Part shown: positions 58,902-64,000 of the stretch, one piece after another | Layout of the letters: each line of letters starts with the position of its first letter | Position numbering within the stretch: the stretch's first letter is position 1 | From: Candidatus Pacearchaeota archaeon | Lineage (GTDB): Archaea > Nanobdellota > Nanobdellia > Pacearchaeales > GW2011-AR1 | Direction of reading: 5' to 3' | Length of the DNA stretch: 64,000 bases | Assembly: GCA_019659125.1 (NCBI GenBank) | Contig: JAIFVX010000001.1 | Span: forward strand, 340,135-404,134 | Notes under the pieces: model-generated | Databases searched by the model: none | Told to the model about the DNA's origin: nothing | What the model saw: only the letters and a program-made list of their open reading frames with translations | Program-made: the position numbers and the translations under genes

Positions 58902-59782
58902 AAAGAAAAGAAAGTAAGTATACGAAACATAATGATACATAAAAAGAGGGTGCTGCTGTGGCTATTGCCAATAGGAATATTGTTTCTTGTTTCCCTTATT
59001 TCGCCCAGTTCAGCAAAGTTTTCAGATTGGTATACCTCTATAACAGGCAGGGCGACATCTCAAGGAGTGGCTGTTAATATCACGGTAGGAAACACTGCCC
59101 CTAGAGTTACTTTTGTAAGCGCTGTTGCCTCACTTACCCCTGTAGAAGACTCTGTTGCATTTGTCCTATTCAACTTCACAGCAAATGATACGGATGGATT
59201 CGGAAACCTTAAAGATACCAGCGCACGAGTTAATATTTCGTTGACTGGAGTGCCAACGGTGCGGAGCAATTTCTCATGTACAAAATTGAATACTTTTGCC
59301 CTCACGAATGCTAACTATACCTGTAGTGTGCAGATGCAATATTTCGATAATAGCGGAGTATACAATATTTCAGTCGCAATCAATGACACAAGTGATGCCA
59401 TGGGAATAAATCAATCCACATTCTTTACATTTAATCAATTGTCTGCATTTATCGCAGGACCTTCTAACTTAACGTTTGCCTCACTATCTCCAGGTGACGT
59501 AAATAAGACATCAAACAATGACCCTCTCATATTGAACAATACGGGAAACAAGAACGTTACGCTTGGTAATATCCATGTTAACGCCACCGATCTAAAGGGA
59601 GAGACTGATAATACCAAGGCACTATATTCAGGTAACTTTACTGTCTCAATTGTTACCGGATCAAGTTTGGAGTGCGGCATCAGCGGCAATCAGAGCGTTG
59701 CGATGAGCCACTGGGCGTTCATCAATGTCACGAACTCTTCTCTGACAAACGGTAATCACTCGCTTGCTGATGGTTCAACCGG
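58197..59782 (+). repeat. 113-bp perfect direct repeat (58197-58309 and 59670-59782) plus a 43-bp perfect patch (58057-58099 and 59530-59572)
   Basis: Read directly; shared between the last extracellular domain of the giant gene and the next gene. Confidence 0.88.
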
Positions 59783-59885
59783 GCAAGAGCAATTATATCT
59801 CTGTCTCGGTTATGTAGGAACTGAGATTTCATCACAAGCATATTCAACCGCAAATGAGGGAACATGGACAACACGAATCGTATAA
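58932..59885 (+). CDS. Secreted stand-alone paralogue of the giant protein's last extracellular domain
   Basis: Signal peptide, then NTAP...YST..EG.WT..I, collinear with about 57618-58403. Confidence 0.85.
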   Translation: MIHKKRVLLWLLPIGILFLVSLISPSSAKFSDWYTSITGRATSQGVAVNITVGNTAPRVTFVSAVASLTPVEDSVAFVLFNFTANDTDGFGNLKDTSARVNISLTGVPTVRSNFSCTKLNTFALTNANYTCSVQMQYFDNSGVYNISVAINDTSDAMGINQSTFFTFNQLSAFIAGPSNLTFASLSPGDVNKTSNNDPLILNNTGNKNVTLGNIHVNATDLKGETDNTKALYSGNFTVSIVTGSSLECGISGNQSVAMSHWAFINVTNSSLTNGNHSLADGSTGQEQLYLCLGYVGTEISSQAYSTANEGTWTTRIV

Positions 59886-60442
59886 AAATAGCATTCCAAG
59901 TAACGATGGGCATAGCACTGACTCTAGCAATAGCTTCAGCAGCAGGGGTGTCAACAGAATATTGGAACGGGCCCCAAGAGCATCCTCTTGAACTTTCTGC
60001 AGGCGAGACAAAAGATATTGTATTTACACTTCAAAATATGGTGGGGGCTGACGATGTCTCCTTCCAGGCAGCAATCATTGCTGGAAACTCATTTGCACAA
60101 ATAACTGACAAAGATCTTATCTATGCAGTTCCGATTGGAACAAAAGATAAGGAGGTGCATGTCCGGATCAGCCTTCCCGCCAATGCCACCTTGGGAGAGA
60201 CTCATGATATAGGTGCCGCATTCACCACGATTACTCCACAGCAAAGTGGGTTCAAGCTAGGAAGCGCCTTTGAAGAGCACTTTAATCTCGTTACAGTCGA
60301 GAAAAAGCAGCTTCCAGCAAACACATCACAAACTACACAACAGGGTCTGTCAAGCAATACACTCTACTTCGTTATAGGAGCTCTTGTTCTTGCAGTGGTT
60401 GTGATAGCAATAATAGCGAGAAAAAGGGCAAACAAAGTTTAA
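59864..60442 (+). CDS. Secreted Ig-like protein with C-terminal TM anchor
   Basis: Signal peptide, beta-sandwich pattern, TM plus basic tail. Confidence 0.7.
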   Translation: MDNTNRIKIAFQVTMGIALTLAIASAAGVSTEYWNGPQEHPLELSAGETKDIVFTLQNMVGADDVSFQAAIIAGNSFAQITDKDLIYAVPIGTKDKEVHVRISLPANATLGETHDIGAAFTTITPQQSGFKLGSAFEEHFNLVTVEKKQLPANTSQTTQQGLSSNTLYFVIGALVLAVVVIAIIARKRANKV

Positions 60443-60467
60443 ATAGTTTCAACCACTGCATTGAAAA

Positions 60468-62132
60468 ATGAAGGGGACATATATTCTTGCAGGATTTTTT
60501 GCACTGATCCTATGTATTCCTGCAGCGTTCTCTGATGCTCCAATCACGGGAGATGCAACAAGCCAACAGACAGGAATCTCAATACTGGTGATTGCGACCG
60601 TGCCTTCGCTGACAATCATAAGCCCTAGAAATGAGACTTATCTTACCAATACATCTATCCTTCTCAACTTCTCGGTCAGCGGCCAGCTATTGCTCTGGTA
60701 CAATCTTGACAATGGTAATAACATAACTATAACCCAGCCTTTGTATTTCAATACGTCTCAAGGCTCGCATATCCTTTATCTATTCGCCAACAACTCAGAA
60801 GGCTTAACGAGGAAAAATATCACCTTCTCCGTAAATATAACGAGATTCCGCGTGATTTATGAGGAGTATAGAGGATCATTTAAGGGGAACTCGACTAACT
60901 TTAATCTTTCGACCTATGAGCAGCTGCAAAACCTGACCAACATCGTCCTTGAAGAGACACGGTATGGAAGGATATCATTCTTCCAGAATATTAACGTGAC
61001 CAATAGCCAGAATCCTGCATCCTTGACGACAGACTTGGATACCAACACAAATATATCTACAAATAGGATAGAGATAAATGGCACCGCTCTTCCTAATTTT
61101 AACACCTCGATGACACTTTCTCTCTATAACATCTCCTTCACCACTCCAAGAATCCTGAAAAATGGCGACGTGTGCTCATCATCGGTATGTATCCAGCAAG
61201 GTTATGCATCGGGGACGTTTGTATTTAACGTGACAGAAGCAGCACTTTATTCAGCGGAAGAGACGCCTGCTCAGCAGGGATCAACGCCGAACACGGGGAG
61301 CTCAACGAGCGGAGGGTCAAGTTCGACTACGGGAGGAATCACTAAAAACCTTGAGATAGATCCAGAACAGCTTAGTATTTCCTTGAAGCAAGGCGAAATA
61401 AAAACCCGGAGTATGAAGATCACCAACACGGGAAACACTCCATCCCATATCATTGTAAAGGCGCAAAAGCTTGGAAATCTTGTCAGGATTGACGAAGAAA
61501 GCCTTGATCTTCAGCCGGGGCAGGCGCGTACAGTTTCAATAGACTTTATAGCAAAGGAAGATCAGCTTCCAGGCCCCTATCTAGGAAAGATAGTTGTATT
61601 TGATGGGGCTGCCGACCACGAAGTACTTATCATTATCGACGTACAGTCAAAGAACCCCCTCTTTGATATTAAGACTGAAATCCTCAAGAGTTCGCTCTAT
61701 GTGCAGCCCGGAGATGATGTTGTCGGACAGATTACGCTCTACAGTCTAGGAAGCCAGGGTACTGTAGACGTGCTTGTTGATTATACTATCCTCGATAACA
61801 ACGGGAATGAGATCTTGGTCGATCATGAGACACTTGCAGTACAAACCCAAACAAGCTTCGTTAAGAAATTTACGCTTCCTGCAGGAATATCTAAAGGCAC
61901 GTATATCCTCAATGTGAAGGCAACCTACTCAGGAGAGACTGCAAGCTCAAGTGCGTGGTTCTTTGTGGGAATAAAGCCTTGGACTCTGCAAGATACGCTA
62001 CTGTATGCAATCCTCCTACTTTTACTACTGGGTACGATCATTATCATATACGATCGTAGAAACCGAACAAATAAAACCAAAAAGTTCGGAGAAATTGAAT
62101 TAGTACAAGCAGGAATGGTTAGAGATCATTAA
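60468..62132 (+). CDS. Surface protein with Ig-like domains, Gly/Ser linker and C-terminal TM
   Basis: Signal peptide; sequon-rich N-half; GSSTSGGSSSTTGG linker; NTGN Ig module; TM. Confidence 0.75.
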   Translation: MKGTYILAGFFALILCIPAAFSDAPITGDATSQQTGISILVIATVPSLTIISPRNETYLTNTSILLNFSVSGQLLLWYNLDNGNNITITQPLYFNTSQGSHILYLFANNSEGLTRKNITFSVNITRFRVIYEEYRGSFKGNSTNFNLSTYEQLQNLTNIVLEETRYGRISFFQNINVTNSQNPASLTTDLDTNTNISTNRIEINGTALPNFNTSMTLSLYNISFTTPRILKNGDVCSSSVCIQQGYASGTFVFNVTEAALYSAEETPAQQGSTPNTGSSTSGGSSSTTGGITKNLEIDPEQLSISLKQGEIKTRSMKITNTGNTPSHIIVKAQKLGNLVRIDEESLDLQPGQARTVSIDFIAKEDQLPGPYLGKIVVFDGAADHEVLIIIDVQSKNPLFDIKTEILKSSLYVQPGDDVVGQITLYSLGSQGTVDVLVDYTILDNNGNEILVDHETLAVQTQTSFVKKFTLPAGISKGTYILNVKATYSGETASSSAWFFVGIKPWTLQDTLLYAILLLLLLGTIIIIYDRRNRTNKTKKFGEIELVQAGMVRDH

Positions 62133-62170
62133 ATAAGATTTAAAAACACGAAATCCGTAGAAAATAAAAG

Positions 62171-62527
62171 ATGGAAATAACAATAGACGTAAATACACCT
62201 CTTCGAATTCTAACCTATATTATCGGACTTATCGCGCTTGTTTACGGTTTTTTAGTCTTTGGGAGATATAAGGGAAAAATGAAGGGACTTCTCATAGCAC
62301 TGATTCTAACAGTTATCGCTCTCGTAGCGAAGAAAATCGCCATCATCTACATTTCTTCAGACGCAATTACATTAACGGTCAATGCATGGGGGGATCTTCT
62401 TATTGCTATTCTTCTTCTGATTGCACTCTATCTTATGAGAAAGATCGAGATGAGCATCAGCAACCTAGTTCCTGTGCATCATATAAGACATCATCAAAGG
62501 AAAAAACACAGAAAACAGAGAAGATAA
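62171..62527 (+). CDS. Small multi-TM membrane protein with His/Lys-rich tail
   Basis: Three hydrophobic helices. Confidence 0.6.
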   Translation: MEITIDVNTPLRILTYIIGLIALVYGFLVFGRYKGKMKGLLIALILTVIALVAKKIAIIYISSDAITLTVNAWGDLLIAILLLIALYLMRKIEMSISNLVPVHHIRHHQRKKHRKQRR

Positions 62528-62540
62528 AAAATAAAAAATG

Positions 62541-62690
62541 TTATTTAAGTCCGCCCATTCTGCAGACTGTTGTACTGCACTGAGGGCACGTTCCTTTGGC
62601 AATCTTTGTCCCTTTGGACGTTAAAGATTCCTTGGCATTCTTGATGTCTCTCATGCATTTGCACTTGACGCAGTATCCTTGTATTCCCAT
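62541..62690 (-). CDS. 49-aa DUF5679-like Zn-ribbon protein (not in ORF track)
   Basis: MGIQGYCVKCKCMRDIKNAKESLTSKGTKIAKGTCPQCSTTVCRMGGLK; AAGGAGGT SD. Confidence 0.8.
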   Translation of the reverse strand: MGIQGYCVKCKCMRDIKNAKESLTSKGTKIAKGTCPQCSTTVCRMGGLK

Positions 62691-62745
62691 GCTACCTCCT
62701 TATGTTCCCCAAGGAGAAATGTACTCCTTTTAAATATTAGTATGA

Positions 62746-62818
62746 AGCGCGGGCCCGGATTCGAACCGGGGAAAAGTCGGGCTGCAACCGACCGCAGTAA
62801 CCACTGTGCCACCCGCGC
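62746..62818 (-). tRNA. tRNA-Cys(GCA)
   Basis: GCGCGGG/CCCGCGC acceptor, U73, GTCGG-TTGCAGC-CCGAC arm, TTCGAAT loop. Confidence 0.92.
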
Positions 62819-63068
62819 ATATGTCTGTCAGAAAAAGGGAGTTTTTAAAGGTAGTTAAATATGATTTTTAGCTTTAGCCTCCTTGCCTGATTTTAACACT
62901 GAAGAAAACATTCTAACTAATAATGCCATCTGATATAAAAATATATGTGTGGGGAAAAGGGATTTTAAAAAATAGAATTAGAGTATGATCTTTTTATTTA
63001 ATATAAATTACCTTCTCTATCCTTTAATTCATCAATGACAAATCCATGGTTATCATTTCTATACTGAA

Positions 63069-63143
63069 CGCTCCCGACACGATTTGAACGTGCGACCCTC
63101 GGATTAGAAGTCCGATGCTCTATCCAGGCTGAGCTACGGGAGC
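63069..63143 (-). tRNA. tRNA-Arg(TCT)
   Basis: GCTCCCG/CGGGAGC acceptor, TCGGA-CTTCTAA-TCCGA arm, TTCAAAT loop. Confidence 0.94.
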
Positions 63144-63179
63144 ATACCAAAAAATCAAAAAGATATTATTTAAATGCTC

Positions 63180-64000
63180 TCATTTGACCTGGATCTTTAT
63201 GTATCCCCGTGTCGGATGAGTATGCTGTATCCTCTTGTGATGCGAATAGATGAATCGTGCGACAATAAGTGCAAATAACAAAGAGATAAGGGTAACTCCG
63301 ACAATCCCTAATGTTTTTCGATTGCCTTCAGACAGTGCAAATCCGGTAATCCTTGCCGAAGGAAGGAATATAGGCTGGCGGATGGTGCTTCCACTCTCTC
63401 CATCGCTTAAAGAAATGACGAGGGTAAATTCACCAAACACTTCCTTAGGAAGTTCAAGAAGGAAATTCCTATTATCTGACTGTCCTGAAGAAAGAGATAT
63501 ATCTTCCTGTGCATTTACAACAACAAGACCATCACTATCAAGGACTGTGTAATTAGCGGTAACAGCGTGGTTTCTATGACTAAATTCATTCAAAAGATAA
63601 TTAAGAGATAACGCTGTGCCCTGTCTCTCATAGGCAATATCTGAAGCTTCAAAGCTGTTCCTAAAAACATGAAGGGTCCATGGAATCGTTTGCACAAATT
63701 CATCACAGGTAATGCTTACCTGCATAGTATAGTCGCCAGGTTGCGCCGTCTCCGAAGGCTGAAGAGAAAGTACAAAGTCAAACTTCTCGCCCGTAGTAAG
63801 ACCCTTTTGCTGACCACTAGTAATCGAAGAGTTCAACTCACCGCTGACGGAGGGAGTGCAACGATTCAGGAATCGTGTTCCAGTATTGACTGCATGCAAT
63901 AAGATGCTCTTACTTGTTCCTGGCTGAACATACCCTTCTTCGATACCTAATGAAAGCTGTCTGATAGTGCTAACGGCGACACTTCCCGCACTTCCTCCGC
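63180..64000 (-). CDS. 3' part of a surface protein (Gly/Ser linker, Ig-like domains, C-terminal TM); 5' end beyond the window
   Basis: Frame of the 239-aa ORF stays open to the window edge (GGSAGSVAVSTIRQLSLG...). Confidence 0.75.
   Translation of the reverse strand, partial: GGSAGSVAVSTIRQLSLGIEEGYVQPGTSKSILLHAVNTGTRFLNRCTPSVSGELNSSITSGQQKGLTTGEKFDFVLSLQPSETAQPGDYTMQVSITCDEFVQTIPWTLHVFRNSFEASDIAYERQGTALSLNYLLNEFSHRNHAVTANYTVLDSDGLVVVNAQEDISLSSGQSDNRNFLLELPKEVFGEFTLVISLSDGESGSTIRQPIFLPSARITGFALSEGNRKTLGIVGVTLISLLFALIVARFIYSHHKRIQHTHPTRGYIKIQVK

Noticed and set aside
60441-60467. TTCAA-N8-TTGAA palindrome as part of the ArsR-TM regulon
   Set aside because: Only 5-bp arms, and spacing differs from the 5649-5664 site; expected by chance in AT-rich DNA
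1291-63902. The many 60-170 aa ORFs nested antisense or out of frame within long genes
   Set aside because: Shadow ORFs of well-supported genes, with no motifs or promoters

Overview
64 kb of an archaeal chromosome. TBP, TFE, RpoL, aIF-1A, S17e, EndA, RadB, Nre, TATA-led leaderless genes and a compact gene set suggest a DPANN lineage, probably Pacearchaeota/Woesearchaeota-like; the lineage is inference. Housekeeping content: ATP-dependent DNA ligase, ScpB, MinD, a KaiC-like ATPase, three aminoacyl-tRNA synthetases that look bacterial-type (short AlaRS, LeuRS, dimeric GlyRS) and four intron-less tRNAs (Met/Ile2-CAT, Ala-GGC, Cys-GCA, Arg-TCT). Accessory content: (i) a roughly 4.2 kb AT-rich island (23.2-27.4 kb) with a DDE transposase, a small Zn-finger gene, two uncharacterised genes and a single-chain DarT-DarG fusion, plus three copies of a shared TATACC-N5-GGTATA palindrome; (ii) a free-standing LAGLIDADG endonuclease whose ORF reads through a tRNA gene in antisense; (iii) two clusters of large, sequon-rich LamG/Ig surface proteins. 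The largest (2829 aa) ends in tandem HTH domains and has four phased 17-bp direct repeats just upstream of its TATA box. Short genes absent from the ORF track were found by hand: acylphosphatase, a 59-aa membrane protein, a PadR partner and a DUF5679-like Zn-ribbon protein. A CC1-like chromatin protein was re-started within a tracked ORF. No CRISPR array, rRNA or reverse transcriptase is visible. Family assignments come from motif recognition by eye; no searches were run.
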